This document shows positions 47,044 through 56,311 of a stretch of DNA of 64,000 nt, piece after piece. The notes beneath the pieces were generated by a model. The model searched no databases. It was given only the letters and a program-made list of their open reading frames with translations, and was not told the origin of the DNA. This stretch comes from an uncultured Gammaproteobacteria bacterium (lineage in GTDB: Bacteria; Patescibacteriota; Microgenomatia; UBA12405), in contig CAYUZS010000002.1 of the NCBI GenBank assembly GCA_964448705.1, positions 49,577 through 113,576 on the forward strand, in the 5' to 3' direction. How positions within the stretch are numbered: the stretch's first letter is position 1; each line of letters starts with the position of its first letter. The position numbers and the translations under genes were made by a program.

Positions 47044-49089
47044 ATGAAAACGCTGTGTCGATGGTGGTGGTTGCTGCTACTTATTTCTGTTTTTACATTA
47101 CTATTAAATAATAAGAAGCCGGTATCCTTGTGTCTAACTTTGCCGAAAAATAACGGTGAGTGTATGTTTTCACAAGAGAATATTTGGAAATATGACAGGG
47201 TGAGGGTTAGCCGGTTTGAGAGAAATATCGATTTTGGAAGGGTGGAGGGCAACGACTGGCGTTTGTCCGGCTTCAATGATTTGAAATTTGATATTTATAA
47301 CCAGGAAAATGGTGATTTGAACTGGAATGTTTGGGATAGGATGCGAAAAGAAAGAAACTACCCTTTTAAGGCTATATTTATTATTAAGTCTGAAGAGCTC
47401 AGTGCGATGGCAGAGAAGTTGAAAGTAAGCAATTTAGACTTTAGAGTTTCGTATAAAGGAAAATTAAATGATGGTGAGTATTTTGAGGACGGTAATGTAA
47501 GGGATTTAGCGGTTGATCGTGATAAGGATTTTAGATTGAGTTATCAGAACTATACTTGTGTTGATGATTCGGGTGATTGTTTGGAAGATGTTTCCAAGGT
47601 TAAGAGTATTAAACACGACGATGCCAGTTTGTATGTGACTGTAAAGAATAATAAGGGCGATTATATTGACCTTGGCACTGTTAACGGAATAGGAGTGAGC
47701 TTTTATATTGTTTATTTTGATATTGGTCTTATATTAGTGCTGTTGTTTTTGATGGTTGTAAAGCTTACTCCCTTACTGTTTGAGCTGCTGAGGAACTATA
47801 AGTTGGGGAACTTTATTAACTTTATTTTCTATTTTGTTAGTATATTTGTGTTCGTTAAGGTTTTAGCATTTATATATCTTAAATATTATCCACATTCTTT
47901 CGTAGCCGAATATTTTCCTTTTATTAAATATGCTTTAGTGGCAATAATGTTTCTATATACATTTGAGTATCTGTGGGAGAAGATTGTTGGGTTACACGAG
48001 AGAGTTGGCAGCAAGCTGTTTGTCGGTATTTTTGCAATGGTTATTGTGTCTTTGTATATTCTTTCCTGTTTAAATGGGTATTCGTTTAGACCGGAGTCGA
48101 TTTATTACAGTGCAGGCTTTGATCAATTAACTTACTACTCATGGTCGAGGGATATTTTGAGAGATAAGACGTTTTTTATAGAATCGACTGTTGTTTATTC
48201 AAAACCATTTTTCCTGTACTTTAAAGCCTTGATGATGATGGTGTTTGGAGACGACAACAAAGTTATGGATACGTTTTCACATTGGATGCTTTTATCGTTA
48301 CCGTTAATGTTTATAATTGCGTTTTTGATAAGACTTAAGAAAAGTGGTCGGACTATTAAAGAAAGGTTGATGAAGGTGTTTGGGGTGGAACTAATATTAC
48401 TATTAACTGTCTATTGGAACTTTATGATGAATGGTTGGTTCATAAGATTTATAGAAAATATTTCAGAAATGCCGGCTTGGTTTTTTATGGGAGCGGCGAC
48501 TTGTTTAGTGCCTTTTGTCGGTAAGGAAGGAGATAAGAAAGTAATAAAGGCGATTTCTATTTTTGTAGGATTGTCTTTATTGATGAGAACGACCATGATT
48601 ATTTATCTACCAATATTGTTGTTTGGTATGTTAATTATGTTTAAAAGCTTTGGATGGAAATTAATAAAAAAACTGTTGCCAATTGGTATCGGATTGGGAT
48701 TGTCTGGTTTACTGATACTAATACACTCTAAGCTAGGAGTAATAACAAGCAATGGTGTTAATAAGTATTTTAGTGATAATACTTCAATCAGTATTGGCCT
48801 TTTTACTATTTTTGAAAGATGGCATAAGTTAGTACCTACCGGTTATGAATTGTTTATATGGGTAATCCTAATTTTCTCACTTATAGTTAATACTGTTATT
48901 GTCAAAAGGTTGAATAGGATTATTCTTTTTATAGGTGTCATATTCATTACGTTAATTTTTGAACTACCCATGTTGAGTGAAATTTATGGTAATAGGGGTT
49001 TATTCTGGTTATATTGGATGCTTAGTTACTTGTCAGCAATTCTTATATTGGACGCTGTACATGCTAGTAAAGACTCCGATAATCGATAG
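47044..49089 (+). CDS. Large membrane protein with ~200-aa extracytoplasmic N-domain and 12 or more TM, unknown function (polymerase/GT-C candidate)
   Basis: Signal/TM CRWWWLLLLISVFTLLL, soluble domain rich in D/N/K, then a long polytopic region. Only plus-strand gene in a minus-strand run. Confidence 0.35.
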   Translation: MKTLCRWWWLLLLISVFTLLLNNKKPVSLCLTLPKNNGECMFSQENIWKYDRVRVSRFERNIDFGRVEGNDWRLSGFNDLKFDIYNQENGDLNWNVWDRMRKERNYPFKAIFIIKSEELSAMAEKLKVSNLDFRVSYKGKLNDGEYFEDGNVRDLAVDRDKDFRLSYQNYTCVDDSGDCLEDVSKVKSIKHDDASLYVTVKNNKGDYIDLGTVNGIGVSFYIVYFDIGLILVLLFLMVVKLTPLLFELLRNYKLGNFINFIFYFVSIFVFVKVLAFIYLKYYPHSFVAEYFPFIKYALVAIMFLYTFEYLWEKIVGLHERVGSKLFVGIFAMVIVSLYILSCLNGYSFRPESIYYSAGFDQLTYYSWSRDILRDKTFFIESTVVYSKPFFLYFKALMMMVFGDDNKVMDTFSHWMLLSLPLMFIIAFLIRLKKSGRTIKERLMKVFGVELILLLTVYWNFMMNGWFIRFIENISEMPAWFFMGAATCLVPFVGKEGDKKVIKAISIFVGLSLLMRTTMIIYLPILLFGMLIMFKSFGWKLIKKLLPIGIGLGLSGLLILIHSKLGVITSNGVNKYFSDNTSISIGLFTIFERWHKLVPTGYELFIWVILIFSLIVNTVIVKRLNRIILFIGVIFITLIFELPMLSEIYGNRGLFWLYWMLSYLSAILILDAVHASKDSDNR

Positions 49090-49306
49090 AAGAAAGATTG
49101 TTACTTGGGCATGGCTCTTGACTTAATGTGACATTTAATTCTGGTTGGTTGTGGAAAAATTTGAGTGCATCACCTGGACCGTAGATAAAGATATGGTCTG
49201 GTTTATCGATATCGCATATCAAAATTGTGTCTGTTTCGAGTGGATGTCGACTGAGACTTTGGTAGGTTGTTTTATTAATACGTCCGCTTGTTTGCCACCA
49301 GATTTT

Positions 49307-50449
49307 TTATGTTTGGTATAAAGGATCTATGTAGTTTGCAAAGATAATAATGAGGGCAAATGCAGGGATAAAATATTTTTTAATATGTATCTTATCGAAG
49401 AGGTTGTAAACAATTAGTGTTGTGAGTATCGACAAAAAGATGGAAGGGAAGTAGAGGTATAGTTTTTGTTGTCGGTTGGTTAATAATATGACAGGGCCAA
49501 GTGCAAGGATGGCAGCAAACAACAGATAAAGGTATTTTTTATAATTATTCTTGAGAGTATAAATAGCACTAACAATAAAAATAGACAAAGAGGTAAGACC
49601 AATAATAGAATATGAGGTGAAGTCTATACCCGACTCACGAATATTGGTATAAAGATAAAAATAATTAAAGGTTGATTTTATCCAATTAATTGGATTTAGG
49701 CTGGGATAGTATGGATTGGCGTTTTGAAAGTGTTGAAAGTTACTGGACATCCCGAGAAAAATTAGGGAGATTAAGTAGAAAATCATTAAAATAACCGAAG
49801 GATAAATGTATTTCTTATTTTTTGGATTGACTAACAATAGAGAAATTAAAGGTAGAAAGATAATTGATTCTTTAGTTCTGATGGCTAAATAGTAGGTTAT
49901 AAAAAGTAGAATACCTTGGAGAATAGTGTTTATTTTGTTTTTAAGAAGAATAGAAAGAAAGATCAGCGATAAAAATGTTGAAACTAAATCAAAAATAGCA
50001 GATACCCATTGAACAACAAAGGTTGAACGAGGCCAGACTGAAAATAATAGAGTTGATACCAATGCTAAAACATAAGAGTTTTTTATATTAAATTTATTTA
50101 GAATTTTTGTAGATAGAGATAAAAATAGGAAACTGTTGAGGAGGTGGATGAGAAATATCACTATGGAATAGGGCTGGTAATTGTCTGAGAACAAGGAATA
50201 AAGAAGCTTTATAATAATTAGACCAAAAGGTCGGTCGTTATACATTTGTTGTGGCCAAATATGAAACAAAGTGGCAACTGAGTTTTGTTGAACAGTAAGA
50301 AGGTGGGAAAAGTCATCATAAATAAAAAATTGATTGGGGCTGAGCAACCAAGCTTTAAACAATAAGGCAAAAGCAAATATAATTAGAAAATAATAAAAAG
50401 GAATTTTGGCTATTTTCGGTATTGATGAGGAATCCATTTTGCTTTCCAT
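49307..50449 (-). CDS. Polytopic GT-C-like membrane protein (PMT_2-like)
   Basis: First loop QFFIYDDFSHL (DD-aromatic motif) followed by about 10 TM. See the finding on the open frame continuing past its TAA. Confidence 0.45.
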   Translation of the reverse strand: MESKMDSSSIPKIAKIPFYYFLIIFAFALLFKAWLLSPNQFFIYDDFSHLLTVQQNSVATLFHIWPQQMYNDRPFGLIIIKLLYSLFSDNYQPYSIVIFLIHLLNSFLFLSLSTKILNKFNIKNSYVLALVSTLLFSVWPRSTFVVQWVSAIFDLVSTFLSLIFLSILLKNKINTILQGILLFITYYLAIRTKESIIFLPLISLLLVNPKNKKYIYPSVILMIFYLISLIFLGMSSNFQHFQNANPYYPSLNPINWIKSTFNYFYLYTNIRESGIDFTSYSIIGLTSLSIFIVSAIYTLKNNYKKYLYLLFAAILALGPVILLTNRQQKLYLYFPSIFLSILTTLIVYNLFDKIHIKKYFIPAFALIIIFANYIDPLYQT

Positions 50450-52449
50450 TTAGATTCAAACTTATTTTTATTAACTTTAAATAATTGTTCATATTCAGTA
50501 GAGGGTAGTTCTTTAAATGAAGAACCGCCAAAATGATGAATAAAAACGTCGTCAGCAATCAGAATCTCCAGACCAAGTTTTTTGATTCTTTTACAATAAT
50601 CATCATCTTCAAACATTCCCATACCAAATCTCTCATCAAGATCCCCTACTTTGTTGTAGGTGTGACGACTCATAATCCAACAAAAAGCAGCAATATTGTT
50701 AACATTAAGAGTTTCGCCCCAATGGGCAGAAGTGTAATTAAGAGCGGCACTTTCGAGTTGTGATTGATTATCTGAATCGTAAACAATGTTTATTTTAGCC
50801 TCGTTACCAATAGAATTAGTTACCGGGCCAACCAGACCAACATTTGATTTTTGAACATGAAATAAAAGCCTGGAAATCCATCCGGGAGTAACAATAACAT
50901 CATTGTTTAGCAATATTAAATAGTCACCCGTGGCCGCTTTTAAACCAATGTTATTACCTTTGGCAAAGCCATAATTTTCATTATTAAAAATTATCTTGAA
51001 GTTTGGAAGGTGTTTATACTTGTTAAGTAAAGATTTGGTTTCAGAATCGGAATTGTTGTCTACAATTATTATTTCCATATTAGGATAAAATGAACGATTG
51101 ACGACCGATTCGATAGTTTTTTTTAATAAATCAGGATGATTATAGGAAAGGATAATCACTGATACTTTTGGGAAGAAATGATCTAATGTCTTTTCGATTA
51201 AATCAGTACGTTGAGTCCATGTACTATTTTTAGCAATGGTGATTTTTGATGATGCTTTATCGGGACTTTTAAGAGCAAGTGAAATTTTATCAGAAAAGTT
51301 ATTAGAGCTGGAAAAAAATATATTATCAGAAAATGGAATCAATTCCGGAAGTTTTGTTGAGACCACTTTTTTACCGGCAGAAAAATATTCATAAATTTTA
51401 ACCGGATTGGTTGCCTTGATAAGTGGGGTAAGTAAAAAAGGAATTAAAGCAACATCAAATTGATTTAAATATTTTGGAATTTCTGAATATGGTTTCTCTC
51501 CTAAAAGGAAAAGATTTTTATATTTTAGTTTAGTAACTTCCTGATTCTCTATCTTTCCAATAAAGACAAATGATTTATCAGGGTGTTTTGACAACGAGTC
51601 CTCTATTGCTTTTAAATCTAACCAATGAGATATGGCTCCGTAATAACCAATTATCGGATGTTTAATATTTTTTATATCTTCAGGAATTGTTTTTTGAGGA
51701 GAGTTGAAATGAACAAAATCGACTCCGTTGGGGACCAGTATTGTTTTTTGAGGCTGATTGATTTTATTTTCTAAAAATTTTGATGTGACAATTACCTTAT
51801 TTGATTTATTAACCAGTTCTTTTTCTATAGTATCGATATTTTTGGCTGAATCTTTAAAACCAGAATGATTATCCATACAATCGTAAATAAAAGGTATAGA
51901 TAAGTTATCAACTATAAAGCCCCAGAATGGATGGTCTATTTTACCTATAGGATTGGTAATATGGGCTTGTTTTATTAAATTCTTAATAGAAGCAATGATT
52001 ATTTTTTGGTCAGAGGAGGAAGGTTTTTCCTGATAGATAAATAATTCTCGTGAGGCAGAAATAATAATTTGATAAATGTTCTTATTTTTTTTGATTACTT
52101 GTATTGGAGCAAATTTACTATTTGGGTTGGGATGAGAAAGAAATTCGTGTTCAATATAAAAAACTCGGTGACCATTTTTAGCTAGTTCGTGAGAAATTTG
52201 TTGAGGTCTTTGATATCTTAAGTCCCAGGAAATTACACTAAAATTAATAATATCAGCTTTATTTGAATTATTGTTTTCCCATTCTGTTTTTATATCTGAA
52301 GGGATAATTTCTTTGGCCGGGACTAAAAACTTTCCAATATATGACTTGATCTTTTTACGACTAGCGATAGGAATGATGGTTTTAATGGCATTTTCTAAAT
52401 TAGTCGGAATATTAAATTTTCTAAAAATGCTGTTGTGATCTCTAGTCAT
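50410..52449 (-). CDS. Two-domain glycosyltransferase: N-terminal GT-B-like domain plus C-terminal GT2 domain
   Basis: C-terminal VSVIILSYNHPDLLKKTIESV...IIIVDNNSDSE...LILLNNDV (GT2). The N-terminal ~400 aa has Rossmann-like alternation and EKPYSEIPKYLNQFDVALIPF. Confidence 0.65.
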   Translation of the reverse strand: MTRDHNSIFRKFNIPTNLENAIKTIIPIASRKKIKSYIGKFLVPAKEIIPSDIKTEWENNNSNKADIINFSVISWDLRYQRPQQISHELAKNGHRVFYIEHEFLSHPNPNSKFAPIQVIKKNKNIYQIIISASRELFIYQEKPSSSDQKIIIASIKNLIKQAHITNPIGKIDHPFWGFIVDNLSIPFIYDCMDNHSGFKDSAKNIDTIEKELVNKSNKVIVTSKFLENKINQPQKTILVPNGVDFVHFNSPQKTIPEDIKNIKHPIIGYYGAISHWLDLKAIEDSLSKHPDKSFVFIGKIENQEVTKLKYKNLFLLGEKPYSEIPKYLNQFDVALIPFLLTPLIKATNPVKIYEYFSAGKKVVSTKLPELIPFSDNIFFSSSNNFSDKISLALKSPDKASSKITIAKNSTWTQRTDLIEKTLDHFFPKVSVIILSYNHPDLLKKTIESVVNRSFYPNMEIIIVDNNSDSETKSLLNKYKHLPNFKIIFNNENYGFAKGNNIGLKAATGDYLILLNNDVIVTPGWISRLLFHVQKSNVGLVGPVTNSIGNEAKINIVYDSDNQSQLESAALNYTSAHWGETLNVNNIAAFCWIMSRHTYNKVGDLDERFGMGMFEDDDYCKRIKKLGLEILIADDVFIHHFGGSSFKELPSTEYEQLFKVNKNKFESKWKAKWIPHQYRK

Positions 52450-53182
52450 GTTTTATCTTGCTGTACTTAGAAATGACCTTAGCCGGTTCACCATCAGAAA
52501 TGATTTTTGAATGATTAAGATAGATAACCCTGGTGCAGAAATCTTCGACTTGTTTTAAATTGTGGGAGACAAAAAGGATAGTGACATTTTGGTCCTTTTT
52601 AAACTCCTCCATTTTCCGGAAACATTTGTCCTGGAAGGCAGTGTCGCCGACAGCTAATATTTCATCAACAATAAGGATTTCCGGTCTAACGTGAATAGCA
52701 ATGGAAAAACCGAGACGCATATACATACCGGAAGAATAATGTTTTACCGGCTGATTAATAAAATCCTCTAACTCGGCGAATTTGATAATATCGTCCAACT
52801 GTCGCTCGATTTCTTTTCTTTTTAATCCCAGAATGGCGCCGTTGAGATAAATGTTTTCCCGGCCGGTTAGTTCGGGGTGAAAACCAGCACCTAGTTCGAT
52901 TAAGGGAGAAACTTTACCTTCGACGGTTACTTTACCTCGGGAGGGAGACATAACACCGGCGACCAGCTTGAGTATAGTGGATTTACCTGAACCGTTGGGG
53001 CCTATAATTCCAACCACCTCCCCTTTCTTGATTTCAAATGAAATATCGGAAAGAGCGGTGAAATTATTTTTGGTTTGTTCACCCATAAACAATGCCGGCA
53101 AAAATTCTTTAAAAGTCTTTTGATTTTGAAGACTAAAATTTTTGGTAACGTGTTGGAATTTTATAACGGTGTTGTTTGACAT
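52442..53182 (-). CDS. ABC transporter ATP-binding protein, Wzt/TagH-like (polysaccharide export), short form
   Basis: Walker A GPNGSGKST, signature-like YSSGMYMRLGFSIA and Walker B ILIVDE. Confidence 0.85.
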   Translation of the reverse strand: MSNNTVIKFQHVTKNFSLQNQKTFKEFLPALFMGEQTKNNFTALSDISFEIKKGEVVGIIGPNGSGKSTILKLVAGVMSPSRGKVTVEGKVSPLIELGAGFHPELTGRENIYLNGAILGLKRKEIERQLDDIIKFAELEDFINQPVKHYSSGMYMRLGFSIAIHVRPEILIVDEILAVGDTAFQDKCFRKMEEFKKDQNVTILFVSHNLKQVEDFCTRVIYLNHSKIISDGEPAKVISKYSKIKHD

Positions 53183-53229
53183 GATTTGGTTTATTTTATA
53201 TAATAACTCATCACGATGACTGGACTAGC

Positions 53230-53760
53230 CTAAGGTTTCGACCGACCGCGAATGCCAGTCTTTTTTTGTGCTAATGAATTTTTAAGCAAATCGATACGGG
53301 AAATTAGGTTATAGGCATTGAAATGTCGAAGTAGACTGGAATACCTAGCTGTGGGGGCGAGAACTTTTAGTAGTTTTTCTTTTTTTGATAGATATTCGAT
53401 GAGACAATGGAAGTCGCCATCACCACTGACTATAACCGCTTTTTGATAGTGATTAAGATGAATCATGGTATGGAGTACCAGTTCAGCATCAACATTACCT
53501 TTGACAGTCATTTTTCCATCGACTTTGTGTTCAAGAGTCGGTTTAAAAATTAGAATATACCCACTTTCCTGGAGAAAAGTGTAGAGGCTTTCATTACCTG
53601 CAAGTTGTCCAATGAATAAGTATGCTTTTTTAACATGATATTTATTATTTAAGTATTGTCTGAACTTGCGCCAATCAAGTTTCCACCCCTGACTTTTTAC
53701 TCCTAGATTAAGATTCTGGCTGTCGATAAAGGCGTAGTTTGTCGGTATAGTTGATTTCAT
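53230..53760 (-). CDS. NYN/LabA-like (PIN-fold) domain protein
   Basis: AFIDSQNLNLG...GNVDAELVLHTM...VIVSGDGDF, the characteristic acidic triad blocks of NYN/LabA. Sits between wzm (1 nt upstream) and wzt. Confidence 0.55.
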   Translation of the reverse strand: MKSTIPTNYAFIDSQNLNLGVKSQGWKLDWRKFRQYLNNKYHVKKAYLFIGQLAGNESLYTFLQESGYILIFKPTLEHKVDGKMTVKGNVDAELVLHTMIHLNHYQKAVIVSGDGDFHCLIEYLSKKEKLLKVLAPTARYSSLLRHFNAYNLISRIDLLKNSLAQKKTGIRGRSKP

Positions 53761-53761
53761 T

Positions 53762-54562
53762 CTAAATATTGTCGGCGAAGATTTTTTCGCGGGATTTAAA
53801 ATAACTTAAGCCGACAAACAAAATTATAAGAGAGACAGCCAAGGCAATTAGAAGACTAAGGTAATTGGGAACACCGCCGCCGAGGATAGTTTGGCGATAG
53901 GCATTAATAATGACAGCCATGGGGTTTAGCTGAAAAATAATTCTATATTTATCGGGAACAATATCTGCCGGATAAATAACCGGAGTGGCATACATCCAAA
54001 GAACGAGCAGTAAATTCAGGAGATATTGGATATCGCGATAGAGAAGATTGGCAGCAGCAAAAAATAAAGACAAACCAATAGTAAAAATTTGTTGGATAAA
54101 AAATATAGGTATTATCCATAAGATGTTTAAAGTTATTGGTATTTGAAAGGCAATCATATAAACAATCAGAATTAACGAGGCAAATAAAAAGTCGACGATT
54201 TTGGCAAGAATCGTAGAAATAACCAGGATGGTTCGAGGAAAATAAACTTTAGTGATTAATGATGAAGAGTTGACCAGAGAACTGGTGGATGATGAAAGTG
54301 AGTTGGCAAAGAGATTCCATGGCAGCAGAGCTGTGAATAAAAAGACGGAATAAGGAATATTTCCGGCAGAATTAGTAGGGATACGGAGAATTATGGAAAA
54401 GGCAAAACTCATGACTAACATTTGGGCAAGAGGATTCAATATTACCCAAAAATAGCCAAGAACAGACTGTTTGTATCTGGCTTTGACCTCGCGGCCAACC
54501 ATCTGCCAAAGAAGCTCCCGCCATTTGATGATGAGGCTGAATTCTTTGATAATATGGACCAT
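53762..54562 (-). CDS. ABC-2 type transporter permease (Wzm-like)
   Basis: 6 TM. Start taken at MVHIIKEFSLIIKWRELLWQMVGREVKARYKQSVLGYFW (ABC-2 N-terminal pattern) rather than the ORF-track start at 54670. Confidence 0.7.
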   Translation of the reverse strand: MVHIIKEFSLIIKWRELLWQMVGREVKARYKQSVLGYFWVILNPLAQMLVMSFAFSIILRIPTNSAGNIPYSVFLFTALLPWNLFANSLSSSTSSLVNSSSLITKVYFPRTILVISTILAKIVDFLFASLILIVYMIAFQIPITLNILWIIPIFFIQQIFTIGLSLFFAAANLLYRDIQYLLNLLLVLWMYATPVIYPADIVPDKYRIIFQLNPMAVIINAYRQTILGGGVPNYLSLLIALAVSLIILFVGLSYFKSREKIFADNI

Positions 54563-54608
54563 ATGGTTATTATACATATTTTGGGAAGTGGTATGATATT
54601 GAAAAGAG

Positions 54609-55589
54609 ATGAGAACGGAGACGATGATCTGTACAATCGGCGGTGGTTCGGGAATGCCGGTGATTAACAAATCACTGGTAGAAGCAGGATTTAATAATAT
54701 TCACTCGATAGTAACTACTTTTGACAGCGGCGGTGACACCGGAAGAATGAGAACAGATGAAAGGGGCGGCATACTGGCTTTTTCTGATTATTGGCGGTCG
54801 CTGATATCCTTGTGGAAAGACGGAAAAAGAAAAGAAAATTGGGAAGAGATGTTGAGATTTCGGGACGGGAGAGGAAGAAACTTTGGCAATATATTTTTTC
54901 AATTTATGTCGGAAAGAGTTGGTGATTTGTCTAATGTCGACAAATTGTTTTCTTTATTGACCGGATCGAAATTAAGTGGTGAAGTAGTTCCTGTTTCCAC
55001 TAAACCGGCTAATGTTTGTTTTGAAACGATCAGTGGGAAACGATATTGCGGTGAGCATTTTATGGACAGCTTAAGAATGTCCAGAGATATGGTAAAAAAA
55101 GTTTGGCTGGAGCCGGAGGTGAGGGCAAATAGCGAGGCAGTAGAGGTTATTCTGAAGTCGGAAGTAATAATTTTTTGTCCGGGAAGTTTATACGGCAGTG
55201 TGCTGACAAATTTACTGCCAAAGGGAATTAAAGAAGCTTACGGCCAATCTAAAGCGAAAAAAGTATTGATGACGAATATAATGTCGGTGTCCAATGAAAG
55301 CAACGATTTTTCCCAGGTCGATTATGTTAACGTTTTTGCGAAAGAACTTGGACAGAAATCACCTTTCGATTTGGTAGTGATGGTGGATTTAGATAAACTG
55401 GACAGGCAAAAAATGAATAAAATTCTGAAATTTTATGAAATGGAGAATTCTTTTCCTCTAAAATATTCCAAAAAAGAGACTTCTTATGAAACAACAGTGG
55501 CTGATATTGGGAAAATTGAAGAGGTAAATATGAGATTGAGACATAGTGAAGAAAAATTGGGACTTTTTTTTAGAGATTTGAAATTTTGA
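54609..55589 (+). CDS. YvcK/CofD-like (UPF0052, 2-phospho-L-lactate-transferase fold) protein
   Basis: ICTIGGGSGMP N-terminal glycine loop and CPGSLYGSVL block typical of YvcK/CofD. Confidence 0.7.
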   Translation: MRTETMICTIGGGSGMPVINKSLVEAGFNNIHSIVTTFDSGGDTGRMRTDERGGILAFSDYWRSLISLWKDGKRKENWEEMLRFRDGRGRNFGNIFFQFMSERVGDLSNVDKLFSLLTGSKLSGEVVPVSTKPANVCFETISGKRYCGEHFMDSLRMSRDMVKKVWLEPEVRANSEAVEVILKSEVIIFCPGSLYGSVLTNLLPKGIKEAYGQSKAKKVLMTNIMSVSNESNDFSQVDYVNVFAKELGQKSPFDLVVMVDLDKLDRQKMNKILKFYEMENSFPLKYSKKETSYETTVADIGKIEEVNMRLRHSEEKLGLFFRDLKF

Positions 55590-56311
55590 TGATAGTTGGT
55601 ATTACCGGCTCCAATGGGTTTATTGGCAGAAAATTGGTTTCTTATTTACGTCAGAAAGGAATTGAGGTAGCTGCAGGAACTAGAGAAAATGCTGATGTTA
55701 CCGATAAAGAGAAGGTAGACAAATTTGTTAAAGAGGTTAAGATAATTGTTCATTTGGCAGCATATCAAAATGTGTTTGATGACAGTTATAATAAATTTGA
55801 AGCAGTAACGGTTTTGGGAAGTAAAAATGTCTTAGAAGCAGCCAAAAAATATAATAAAAAAGTGATTCTGTTTTCCAGTGAAGTAGTTTTTGGAAACAAA
55901 AGTGATTTTTATACAAAATCAAAAAAAGCTCAGGTAAGATTGGCAAAAAAATATAAGCAGGTAGAGATTGTGTATCCACCGGTGGTGATAGATTTTAAAC
56001 AAAAAAAGAAATGGTGGCAGCTAACATATGGAGGAGTAATGATGATGGCCGGAGATAGAAACAAAAATATCAACTACATAGATATGGAAGATTTGTGCAG
56101 ATTTGTTTATGAAAAAATCACTTCAAATACAAAAACAAGACTGCCGATAAAAACTTTAACAAAAACAGAATTTTTGAAAAAAATGAAAAAAGAAATCGGT
56201 GGGTGGCAGCTGCCGTTTAGAATTTCTAAGCAGGGACTAAAAGGATTGAATCTTGTTTTAAATCACACAAAATACGGAAGACTGATAGAATCAATATTAG
56301 AAAATGAGTAA
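55586..56311 (+). CDS. Short NAD(P)-dependent epimerase/dehydratase (atypical SDR)
   Basis: VGITGSNGFIGRKL Rossmann motif and YTKSK (YxxxK). Confidence 0.6.
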   Translation: MMIVGITGSNGFIGRKLVSYLRQKGIEVAAGTRENADVTDKEKVDKFVKEVKIIVHLAAYQNVFDDSYNKFEAVTVLGSKNVLEAAKKYNKKVILFSSEVVFGNKSDFYTKSKKAQVRLAKKYKQVEIVYPPVVIDFKQKKKWWQLTYGGVMMMAGDRNKNINYIDMEDLCRFVYEKITSNTKTRLPIKTLTKTEFLKKMKKEIGGWQLPFRISKQGLKGLNLVLNHTKYGRLIESILENE

